Below are positions 53,233-64,000 of a stretch of DNA of 64,000 nucleotides, one piece after another. The notes beneath the pieces were generated by a model that worked only from the letters and a program-made list of their open reading frames with translations, was not told the origin of the DNA and made no database searches. How positions within the stretch are numbered: position 1 is the stretch's first letter; every line of letters starts with the position of its first letter. The stretch covers positions 7,972,043 through 8,036,042 of the forward strand of contig CM082593.2 of assembly GCA_040954595.2 (NCBI GenBank), in the 5' to 3' direction. Position numbers and translations under genes: made by a program. The stretch is from Balanoglossus misakiensis (taxonomy: Eukaryota; Animalia; Hemichordata).

Positions 53233-56200
53233 ATGAAAGAAGCTATCATGAAGGTATCGACTTTTTTCACGACATATAAAGCTTTTACCATGTCTACTAG
53301 TTTAACTAAAACTATTCTCTTCATCAGATCTCGCAACATTTTTATGTTGGAAGAACACTGCTGTTTAAAACATTGTGGCATGGAAGCAGAGTAAAGCAGT
53401 AAGTTCAACTTAAACTTTAATACCTACTCATTTTAGTGTAATGTCCATTTTCCAAATCAAATTTCCATTAAATTTCTTTGCATTTGACATTGGTTGTAAT
53501 TCAATTTTATAACTCATCAACTTCTGTTTGTGTTTTGTTGATTGATATTCATAAATTCAAACCAACAGTTAAGGAAGTAAACTCAAATTTTTAAATGACA
53601 ATTGTCATGGTTCATGCTGTATTAGCCTTGCCTCTCCAGAGGGCAATGCCAATGACCTCTGGAGAGGCAAGTATTACGGTACGGGTAGCCCATGGTCCGC
53701 TGGCGAACTGTGGTGGTGTAAATGGGGGCCAGCTCTTGATTGGAGTGCACAGCGCCGCCAGTGGCAGAAATAGGAAAAAGCATAGTTGAGTGCAAAATGG
53801 TATGAATCTATATATTCCCATTTTTGCGACTGGTGGCGCTATACCTACACCACAGTTACGTTCGACAACTGAGCATTGTTGTGAGCAACCAATAAATGGA
53901 ATGGACAAAAACTGGTAAAACAAAACTACTTTTGAATTTATATGAAATTAATATCACACATTAATTTTATTGTGTGATCTTTTGTCTTCGTATTATTCCA
54001 GGGGTATATCCGTAATACAGCATCGATGTAAAAGCAACTTGCTCGGAAGCCTGAAGAGTGCAAACTTAGTGAAAAAATCAGTGATACAAAATTTATCACA
54101 ACATGGAAATGGTCGTGCCACAAAAAAGATTTCTTTGGTTTTCAAAGTGTGTGGCGGTACAGCAATTGTTGGCTGCGTGCACGCAATCAAGTATGGTGAA
54201 GTGCAGTGCAAAGTGAAAACAAGTAGTAGAGTCATTGCAAATGGAGATATCAAAGACCAACCGCCATTCAGATGGAAGGAGTTCTGGAAATATCTAGGGC
54301 CAGAAGTTTTTCATTTACTTCTTGCACTATTGGTAAGTTAGTATCATTGTATGTTGTATGGTTTGTCCAGTTGGATCAAAGACCATTAAATTAATGTATT
54401 TTAGAAACTTTAATCAGTGATATTTTCTTAAATTTCTTCACTGACCTGACTGGTCTCTTTTAAGGGCGATGATCGTCTTATCATGTATTAAAACGGTGCC
54501 ACACCGATTTAATCAGCCTCCATACAAACAGTACGCAGCTATCGTGGTATGCGTCGCTAAGAGATGACAAACTGATGCAAATGCAAGTAATATGGCTTAA
54601 TGGTGAGGATTTTAGAGGCTAGGGAATATATTTGAAGTATTTTACTGTGGAAAAAATATCTGAAGTTTGGCAGCTATAGGGGCTTTAAGCACAGTTTGCA
54701 CGAATGAAATTTCCATTAATTTTGGAACATCTTTCATTTTCTTAACCTCAGAGTGCATTTGCTGTTGCCATTGTCAACATAAAGATGCCAATGATGATAG
54801 GAGAGCTTGTTGAAGTTGTGTCTAAATTTTCATCTGAGAATCCTGCAAACTACTTTGATGAAATCAAGAAGCCAGCCGCTAGACTGCTTGCCTTGTATAC
54901 AACACAGGTACGTCTTACATTTATTATCACATGCTGTAAAACACTTTATTTTCGCGAGCAATAAATTTTGGCGAAATACGCGAGAGCCAAAATATCATGC
55001 GGTGAAAATAAAAAATTAAAATTTATTTTTAAGATAACGATGCAGTGAATGAAATAAGAGAACGCAATTAATACTCGTGAAACAGTGGCCTCTCTCGATA
55101 TTGCGAAAATTTCAACTCGCGAAAATAAAGTGTTTTACAGTATGTGTTTTTATACTGTTTGACAAAAATTGTATAAATATTAATTACCAGTGGCGAGAAC
55201 TTCTGCGATATCTGTGTTTCTTTGAGAGTACAGACATTAGACTGAATTCATTTAATTTATCAAATATGATTTGTTTTGCAGGCAATCTTAACTTTTGGCT
55301 ACATTGCAATGCTATCATCCATTGGTGAGAGATTAGCCAACAGAATGAGAGGTGCCCTGTTTGAATCTCTTCTTAAGCAAGATATTGCATTCTTTGATGT
55401 CCACAGAACAGGGGAACTTATCAGCAGGTAATTCAGTGAGAGTGTCTGTCTGTCTCTCTGTGCATACATGTAGGCCTGTCTGTCTGTCTGTAACAATGTA
55501 TGTGTGTGTGTGTAGCGTATGTATGTATGTATGTATGTATGTATGTATGTATGTATGTATGTATGTATGTATGTATGTATGTACGTATGTATGTATGTAA
55601 GATGAAAATGCCTCAACAATTCTTAAAGTGTTTGTAATTTGTTTCAGACTAACAGCTGATGTACAAGATTTTAAAAGTTCATTTAAACTATGTGTATCAC
55701 AGGGATTACGCAGTACTACTCAGGTACAGTATGTACATAGTACTAGTTCTTTTATTGTTCCACACTAAGTTAAGCCAAAATAGCTCCCATCATGAATTTG
55801 ATGATGATATGACTTCCTTGACGGTTGCATCTGTATGTATGCATGGATGTATACATGTATATGGATGACTGTATGTCTGTCACTGTATGTGTGTTTCTTA
55901 TTGAAATAAGACACAAAATTTTGATATGTTTTGCCGTTAATTGTTTGTCAATGTTACCTGTTAACCTATCCGTATGCTATTTGCATAAAAAGATAATGGG
56001 ACTGTTGTTAACAATTATTTGTTTTATTTACATGTAGGTCATCGGATGTGTAGTGTCTCTCTACATGCTGTCCCCTAAACTAACAGCTGTTATGGTCGTA
56101 GTGGTACCTGTTGTAGTGTTCGCTGGAACTATTGTTGGTCATTTCCTTCGTAATCTGTCAAGAAAAGCCCAGGAAAACGTACGTATAACATAGAGCTAAC

Positions 56201-59200
56201 TGTTTTGCAAATTTCGTTCAATTTATAGTTCTCACATGAAAATAGGTTGGCCAGACTAGCAGTAAGTAGGTGGCTCTATCATGACTGTTGGTGTTAAGTT
56301 GCAACCCAGGCTGCACTGACCAAGGCTACCTCAAGTCTGAATATTGAAATGAGGTAGTACACCTGTATGCAACTTCGCCCAAAGTGATTGGTTGTATAGG
56401 GCCTATATTAACCATCTTGGATTATAGAAACATTAAAACATTAAAACTTGTGCGGGCATTAAAAAATATGATAATCTATACACATAGCACTAGTCTTGGT
56501 GTGTATATGATAGGTGAGATTGTAACCACAGTTTTTTTTTTAATCTGTATGACCCTCCTCCCCCCCCCCCCCCCCCCATAGGTTGCCAAAGCAGCATCAG
56601 TAGCAGATGAAGCCCTTGGAAATATTCGTACAGTGAGAGCCTTTGCAATGGAAACCAAAGAACACGAATTGTACAATGCTGAGTTGGATAAAGCTAGTGA
56701 TTACAACCACAGACTAGGATTAGGAATTGGACTCTTTCAAGGGGCAACTAACTTCGTTTTAAATGGTAATTTGAAATTGTATTTTTTTTTAATATCATTT
56801 GCCCATGATCAATTGGATTATGTGCTGACATGAAGCCTACCAAAAGTTGTCAGTTATTGCTTATAAAGCAAATTAGTAATATAAAATTATTTTATCATTC
56901 ATTGTTAGTTATCTTTATATTTGTCCTGAATTACACAACAATTCACAAGTATTGGCTATATGGTTTTGATTATACCTGGTACCCCTGTGGGTATATAGTC
57001 ATCATGGTATAGAATACAGTAAAATGTTGATTATCCAAATGGTTTGGCTATCCAAACTACCTTCATGTCCCCCACATGCATGGTGCTTGGACAAACTGTT
57101 TTTTATTAGTGGCGTGTGGCCACTGAAGTTCCAAAATTTCAGGATAGGGTAAAAGTGCCAAACCTGTTTTAATACTGTTGTAAAAAACACCAAGCTTTTT
57201 TGTTTTCTTTCAGGAATAGTCCTGGGTGTCATATATGCAGGTGGATACTTAGTATCGGCCAATGAAATGAAAGCGGGTGATCTCATGTCATTCTTAGTGG
57301 CTGCACAGACAGTTCAAAGATCCCTTGCCAGTATATCCGTCCTGTTTGGACAAGTTGTTAGGGGTATGAGTGCTGGAGCCAGGGTATTTGAGGTGAGGAA
57401 GATATAGGATTATCTCAATATATGATGAGGTCTCTTTATTTTGGGGGTCACACTGAAACGTCTCAGACCTGAGTTGGTGTAAGGATTTAACACCTCTCCG
57501 CAACCCATTGTCTATGGGGCCGAGCCATAGGCCCTATAAACAATTTTTTGTGTGTGGACACAACAAGACTCATAAGATTAATGCTCTACAATGTCATATA
57601 CCGTACATTGTACATTGTAAGTAACCCTTGATATTTTATAATATGCATTTGTTATCAGTATCATGTGATGGTGTAAAATTTGTTATCAATTACACCATAG
57701 AATGTTAACACTATATCATTTGTTTTTCTTTGCAGTACATTTTAATGGAACCTAAAATGCCAACACAGGGTGGTAAAATTATTCCATATCATAGTCTCTT
57801 TGGAAATGTGGAATTTAGGAACATATGTTTTTCATACCCAACAAGACCTGAACAGGTATGTGTGTTTCCATTATATACTGCTCATAGACTATTACAACAT
57901 TAGTAAATTTATTTTAACTATTTTTTATGGAATTTTTAGGTCATTTATATGTTTATGAATACCGTGGGACCTTATGGGATCGGTTGCGTCTGTATGTATG
58001 TATGGATGGATGTATGTATGGATGTGTGTATGTCTGTCCACATCAAAAACTTGAAAACTGCTGTGTGTCACCTTGATATTTGGTGTGCAGATGCAGGCCG
58101 GGCTCTAGATGGGAGTTTGTTCAACATTTAATAAAATAATACGCACACAAATGTTGCAATTTTCACTCAGGCAACATGACAGCTAAAACTTTGCAATGAT
58201 GTACGGCGGTGTTCTGTTACAGGCTTTCAATTGCCTACACAGTTTTGTTACATGTTACGCAAAGTAAATTCTGAATGTGAGGGGGAAAAATCTAATATAA
58301 CCTCTGAATAAGTATCCATTACAAAGTATGTATTCCACTCACATATGAAACTGTTCCAATATTCTCAACAGGTGGTTTTGAGTAATTTCAATTTAACACT
58401 TCGGAGTGGACAAACAGTTGCGTTATGTGGCTTGTCTGGTGGAGGTGAGTCAATACACAGTTTGAACCCATGATTTCAGCACCTCTAAAATGGGTTACTT
58501 TAAAGACAATAGTTTTACTAGCAATTATGTCAGGGAGACGATGCAGTTTATTTACACGCACTGTCTGTTAATGAAGAACAATTTTGTTGAGATCCAAGTG
58601 TTGTTACACTCACCCCAGCCGCAGGTTTCCAGGTTTTATTTTAAGGTTTTATTTTAATATTGTTCCTTCAGGGAAATCCACAATAGCTGCTCTGTTGGAG
58701 AGGTTTTATGATGTTAACAGTGGAACCATTACAGTAGACGGTCATGATATTAGGTCACTAGACCCAAGCTGGTTACGAGGTAGACTTATTGGGTTTATTA
58801 ACCAGGTATGTCGTTTAATCACCTAAATTTCCATATCTGATACTGTACGTGCAGAACATAAACTGATCAATGGTGCTTGTGTGTCTTTTTCCTATAGGAA
58901 TACATTGATGATTGCTAGAAAACATACTTCTACTATTGTCCTTTTCACGAAATTTTACATATAGCTCAGTCAAGTAAATATAAATTCAAGGGTACTGAGT
59001 TGACTGCAACCTTTTACAGACGACTGACCTGACGTTGTGTTCTTACCTTTCGCCCGAAAAATATTCCAGGAACCTGTTTTATTTGCCACCACAGTAAGGG
59101 AAAATGTCCGGTATGGTCGTCCTGAAGCCTCTGACCAGGAAGTAAGTATGGCTTTTGTTCTCACAGCAGTACCTTGTGTAGCTAATTTTCATACCAGTGG

Positions 59201-59706
59201 TAGGCGAGAGTGAAAAACTCACCAAAATGACAAAATGAATACATAATCGGTGTTTACCTTTTATTCATTTTGGCGAGATTTTTACTCTCATATCCTCCAA
59301 ACCTGATGGAAATTGTGTGTGATCGAACGTTGATTCACTATATACCCACATGTAGAATAACACAAACGGTGTCTTGTATCAAACATAATTAATGGAAAAA
59401 GGGCAGTGAGAGAGAGACTTTGTCCCTTTAATACTGATAGCTGAAGGTTCAACTTTGACATGTCATCAGGTGATCGAAGCCTGTAAACTGGCAAATGCAG
59501 ATGATTTTATCCGGGAATTTCCTCAAGGATATGATACTGTGCTCGGTGAAAGAGGTGTGACAGTGTCAGGTGGACAGAAACAAAGGTATGGTGCATTTGT
59601 AGTTTGGGAAGGGTACTTTTTGATTAGCCTGTCGTGTAACTTGTGTGTCATATGATTGCCTTCAACCTGCTAAAAAGGACAATGCATGTATGTATGTATG
59701 TAATTG

Positions 59707-59737
<31 letters not shown>

Positions 59738-59792
59738 TTGTATTTATGTATGTATGTATGTATGTATGTATGTATGTATGTATGTATGTATG

Positions 59793-59823
<31 letters not shown>

Positions 59824-60476
59824 CACTTTCAATTGGATGATTTCTAACTGTGTTTTACCCATGGTTACTACAGGATAGCCATTGCAAGAGCCTTGATCAA
59901 GAATCCATCTATAATCATCCTAGATGAAGCTACCAGTGCATTGGATGCAGAATCTGAGAGAGTTGTACAGGAAGCTTTGGATAGAGTTGTCAAAGGTCAG
60001 GAACTGATTCAGTTTTCACAATCGATAGTTGTTCAGTTTTACTCATGTACAATAATATTGGTGTCTAAAAGCTGTTATATTTTCAATTTCTGACAGGTCG
60101 TTCTGTACTGGTCATTGCCCATAGACTAAGTACTGTACAGAATGCAGATGTCATTGCGGTCATTTCAAAGGGAAGAATTGTAGAGGTAGAGTATATTACA
60201 ATGCGTATTTTACATGGATTGTTTTAAATTGCTATTGAATCATTTCTCCATCAAAGTGGAAGTGACTAATAATGATAATTCCCTCAAAGTAACAGGTTAG
60301 AGTCTGTATGTATATATGCCAATTTCTGTCATATTTCACATCGTATGTTATGGACCATACCTTGAGTTTTGGATATCTTTTTTTTCCAGATGGGAACACA
60401 TGAACAATTAAAAAGGAAGAAAGGATTCTATGCAGAGCTCATCAGACAACAGAATTTAGATACTGCAACATTTTGA
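53233..60476 (+). CDS. ABCB8: Mitochondrial ABCB half-transporter, ABCB8-like
   Basis: TMD exons ([61 protein letters not shown]) and NBD motifs: Walker A GLSGG|[37 protein letters not shown]; stop at 60474-60476. The start (53233-53253 + 53328-53398 + 54002 onward) is tentative but phase-compatible. Confidence 0.88.
54934..55140. mobile_element. 207-bp MITE with perfect 25-bp TIRs
   Basis: ctgtaaaacactttattttcgcgag ... ctcgcgaaaataaagtgttttacag. Confidence 0.85.
55518..55598. repeat. (TATG)n microsatellite
   Basis: Direct observation. Confidence 0.95.
57935..58135 (+). mobile_element. HINE/DINE-like element fragment related to 8560-9100
   Basis: ttttaggtc...gggaccttatgggatcggttgcgtctgtatgtatg...tgtctgtccaca mirrors 9000-9100 on the opposite strand. 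Confidence 0.55.
59205..59431 (-). mobile_element. Intronic repeat family A copy
   Basis: Ends ctttgtccctttaa; colinear with 47674-47890. Confidence 0.8.
59686..59820. repeat. (TATG)n microsatellite, interrupted
   Basis: Direct observation. Confidence 0.95.
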
Positions 60477-61548
60477 TAATGATAATATAACACTTGCTAA
60501 TTGATTGGGATAATCAGAATGTTGGTATTTTCCCCACAGTAATAAACATTATTGAGTTGATTATAAGTGCAAATGTGATCAGGATGGATTTTACTGTATA
60601 ATATATGGTCAGTACCATTATTACACGTTTCAGCCTGTTGACAAGCTGCTTTCATTGAGTATTCAGCTTTTATATTTACAACATATATTTTTATGTTAAT
60701 GTACCGTTTTTTCGTCAAGATAAGGTTAATTTAGCTGTACGCTACATGTGTACATGTATTGAATGCCAAAGTTAGGGGGTTTGGGATAGAGTTCCCACTG
60801 TGCGGTTAGTTCTGCTGGTCCAGCCTGGACTACAGGTCTTCTCCTACTAGGCCATGGCTGGTCGTTTCGCAATAAAGTCATCGACGTTTTAAATCTGTAC
60901 ACGTGTGTTCCCGTCTCTTCTCATCATCAACTGACATCCCAACTAGACTCACAAATGCATCCCACCAACAATTCTGGCTGCCTTAAATAGGTTTTCACTT
61001 TGAGCTAGGGGGTCAAATCACATTATAATAATTGCATTCTGGGTTTCGGGTAAAAAGTCGACAACTCACTGTAGTATGAGATAGAAGAAACGATATGTTT
61101 ACTGTATTTCATGACTTCCTTTGGTCAAATAAGTTTGTCTTTGTAGTTACCATATTCAACTAATTAAACGTTTTCACATTTTGTTATTTTTTTCTGTTAC
61201 ACAGTTTCAGAATGACCCATCATCACTTTAAGCTTATGAACTCCCATTTCTTAAACATGGCAAAAATAGGCCTTCTTGAAATTGTGTCGACCATATGAGA
61301 TTTTCATCATTCACTTAAAACCTATTTAAGGTAGTATAGGGAGAATTGGGATACATGACACTAGTATAGAATAAAGCAGATTTCTCCTTAATTGTTTTGC
61401 ACATAAATCTCTTTTAATTCAGTTTCATTGACAACAGAAAACATGAAACATATCCATCAAATTGATAGAATCACAGCTAAGAGGGAAGTGAAAATAATAT
61501 GATTATGTCCTTTGGCATATGTTATATTGTCTTCTGGTACTTTGCCTT

Positions 61549-63817
61549 TTAAGAGAGTACGCACAAACCTCCAACTGAAACAAAAGAACAACAATAAATG
61601 TTTCATGCATTACAATGTCAATGTGCAGAGATTAAACTCATGATTAGCTGTGACTTGATGTAAACCATACCGGAATGTTGAATCCAAAAGGGTAACATTT
61701 TGCTTGTTCATAGCTGGTTGTTATAGACGTTTGGGTTTTGTAATTAGAATCATAAAGTATACTCTTAACTTCACTGACCTTCATCCGAGTGTTTCTGACA
61801 GATATCGTAGAACTTTCCATTCTGTCGGATCTTATCAAAAGCATCATCCCACCACTGTAACAGACTGCTGTCCTTGCGAGTCATTATGGCTACATCTGTG
61901 CTCCCATCAGCATTCACGCCACAGTTGATTGGCTCACCAAGTTGTTCAATACCAGGTGTTCTGATCATTTCCATGAACGGTTTTGGAGCAAATCCAGCAG
62001 TGATCTTACAACGAGAATGCAAAGTTTTTTGCCATTATTTCTACAGAAAAAATACATAGCTTTTTCAATGTTTCTATCATTAGCTCACAGGTTTAGTATA
62101 AACTGCTGTTTTCAAAGGAAATTTGCATTATTGAACACCAAAAGTGCTAAAATGAGATAAAATCAACGAAGGTACTGACACTAGAAAATAATAATTGATT
62201 CTGAACAGTATTCTAGTTTCTACACAGATAACTGTGAGCACTCTGTTCTTCATTAATGAAGTGACAAAGACATAGGCTGTGAAAGGTAAAAAATGCTCAC
62301 GACTTTGCCCATATAAAGTCAATAATATATCTCTTTTTTCGACCACACCAGAGATGGTTATGAATACAGTATAACAATTAAATTCATATTTTGGTAGTTG
62401 CCTAGACTAGCCCACTAGTCGCTTGGTGATTTTTATATCTCAATACTTTTTGTGTTTTCGGTGTGTTTTTTGTCTTAATAAATAATTGCAATACTTTTTG
62501 TGTGCATGCTTGCCTTGAGCATGTTTTTGGCAGTGAGGTGAGTTTCGAATTTGCGACTGAGCTTGTGGTTTCGGGTAGCGCCTACGCGTTCCCTACACAT
62601 AATGAAGCCCGTAGACTTGGAGCAAGTCTAGTAGTTGCCCTACCTCTCCCTTTATAATAGCTCTCCACAATTCTCTCCTTGTTGACACTACACGTATTTT
62701 ATCCCTGGTGAAGTCAATACCAGAGCCTTTCAAGTTTTCATTTCTCTTCAACCCTCTGAACGCGTAGTGGGCAAATACATTGATTACACCTGTGAAAAAA
62801 GTAGCAAGAAATTATCACAAAGTTCATAATTTTTTTGTTAACACAGTGTCCATCTTGGCTCATGACACAGATGGCAAAATGACAATGGACCCTGATGTAC
62901 AAATGCATATCGTATTGTATTTGGGTGAGATTCAATATGGCCACTAATTAACAGCCATTTTGTTGCATTTTTTTCGTGTCTAGATCAGTGCATTACTTGG
63001 TCTTGCGTGAACTGATATGATCCAATATGGCTTCCACTTGACCCAGCCGCCCCCCCCCCCCTTTTCCAGTTCCCAGTGAAGGGTCAAATCTCATGTTTGA
63101 ACACATGAATTCATATTCCCCATCGCATAAAAAAACCTAAAATAATGTCATTACCAACAGCTAAATGATTTCAATCATAAAGGAATACAGACCTATAGGT
63201 TTTTGAGCAGAAGACAGATCAAATTCATCAAAGCCCTCTGGGTTGTCTTCCTTGACGTAGAATGCACCCAGGTTAGTTTGATCTCTGAGATAAGGTTTCG
63301 TGAATCCGACCATTCTTTCACGTGCAGGAGTCTTTGCCCATGCAATGCAGGCATCATAATTACGAGCCAGAAGACCTGATGGTCGGTTTAAAATGTTGAA
63401 GTTACAACATTGCAATTGAAAAATGGAAACAGCAAGCATTATTGTCCTGAGTTGTATATTAGTATTGATGACCAGAATTCAATCAATATGAATACCGAAT
63501 ACCGTATAATATACCCAGTATTGTAATACAAGTACCTATGCCTGTGTTTTTGTGTGTAATCTCAAAAGTTCAAGGGCATGATCTGTGGATAGTGCAAACT
63601 GCCTTGTCCAACTATGACTTTGGCAAAGGAGGTAGCCACAATCGAATCCAAAATTGCTTGGTGAAAGAGTATATCGTGGCATGGCGTGCATATAGCTTCA
63701 GCATGACTATTCAGCACTAACCTGTGCCCGGCCTAGGACCACTTCCATCACCAGTTTTGTAACACCGATTTGAGTCATCATATATTATAGAGCATTTCCT
63801 GCCAGCTTCCTCGCATA
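61549..63817 (-). CDS. Stand-alone type 2 periplasmic-binding-fold protein (amino-acid SBP family 3-like); 5' end lies beyond the window
   Basis: Phase-compatible exons 63817-63722, 63375-63193, 62789-62644, 62004-61779 and 61574-61549 give VCEEAGRKCSII..GLLARNYDACIAWAKTPARERMVGFTKPY..ELWRAIIKGEITAGF..VAIMTRKDSSLLQWWDDAFDKIRQNGKFYDICQK..LCVLS*. These correspond to the SBP3 motifs L..GxyD, TxxR..vxFtxPY and (rk)d..L...n.al..i..nGxy..i..k. Confidence 0.8.
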
Positions 63818-64000
63818 CTGTATAGGGGAGATCACAAAACTTGACCAGTTTATTCCCGTGGCACACCATTCCCGAGACTATAGCCTAGTGTACCTTACAA
63901 ATGTCCTATATATCAAGAGGCTGTTGTTGACGAAGTCAAGAATGATTGACAAAGACCGCGATCTTGTGAACAAAATGTGGGGCGTGCTTTAGGTCTCGTG

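Noticed and set aside
61644-61713. Alternative last exon for the solute-binding protein (AKCYPFGF...)
   Set aside because: No polypyrimidine tract; the acceptor at 61575 (tgttcttttgtttcag) is much stronger and in phase.
53233-63817. ABC transporter next to a solute-binding protein as an operon-like importer
   Set aside because: ABCB8 is a vertically inherited mitochondrial exporter-fold protein and the genes are convergent; nothing links them functionally.

Overview
Intron-rich, AT-rich animal genomic DNA, not prokaryotic. The gene content suggests a marine invertebrate, plausibly an ambulacrarian such as a hemichordate (inference only). Spliced gene models read by hand, in order: (1) the 5' half of KIF-binding protein KIFBP (-, runs off the window start); (2) a ~6.3 kb tandem duplication (2873-9250 / 9248-15535), each copy carrying KIFBP exon 1 and a secreted syncollin-like/beta-gamma-crystallin-like gene; (3) an N-myristoylated calcineurin-B/CHP-like EF-hand protein fused to a C-terminal death domain (+); (4) a large multi-exon PEP-utilising enzyme with rifampin-phosphotransferase/PigC domain order plus an N-terminal membrane anchor and extra domain (-); (5) a rhabdomeric-type opsin (-); (6) a family I inorganic pyrophosphatase with an in-frame mitochondrial-type presequence (-), head-to-head with (7) an ABCB8-like mitochondrial ABC transporter (+); (8) an intron-containing, bacterial-type solute-binding-protein gene (-, runs off the window end). 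Introns carry several MITE families, Helentron-like elements and microsatellites. No CRISPR, rRNA or tRNA was seen. Exon coordinates were read manually and may be off by a few bases.
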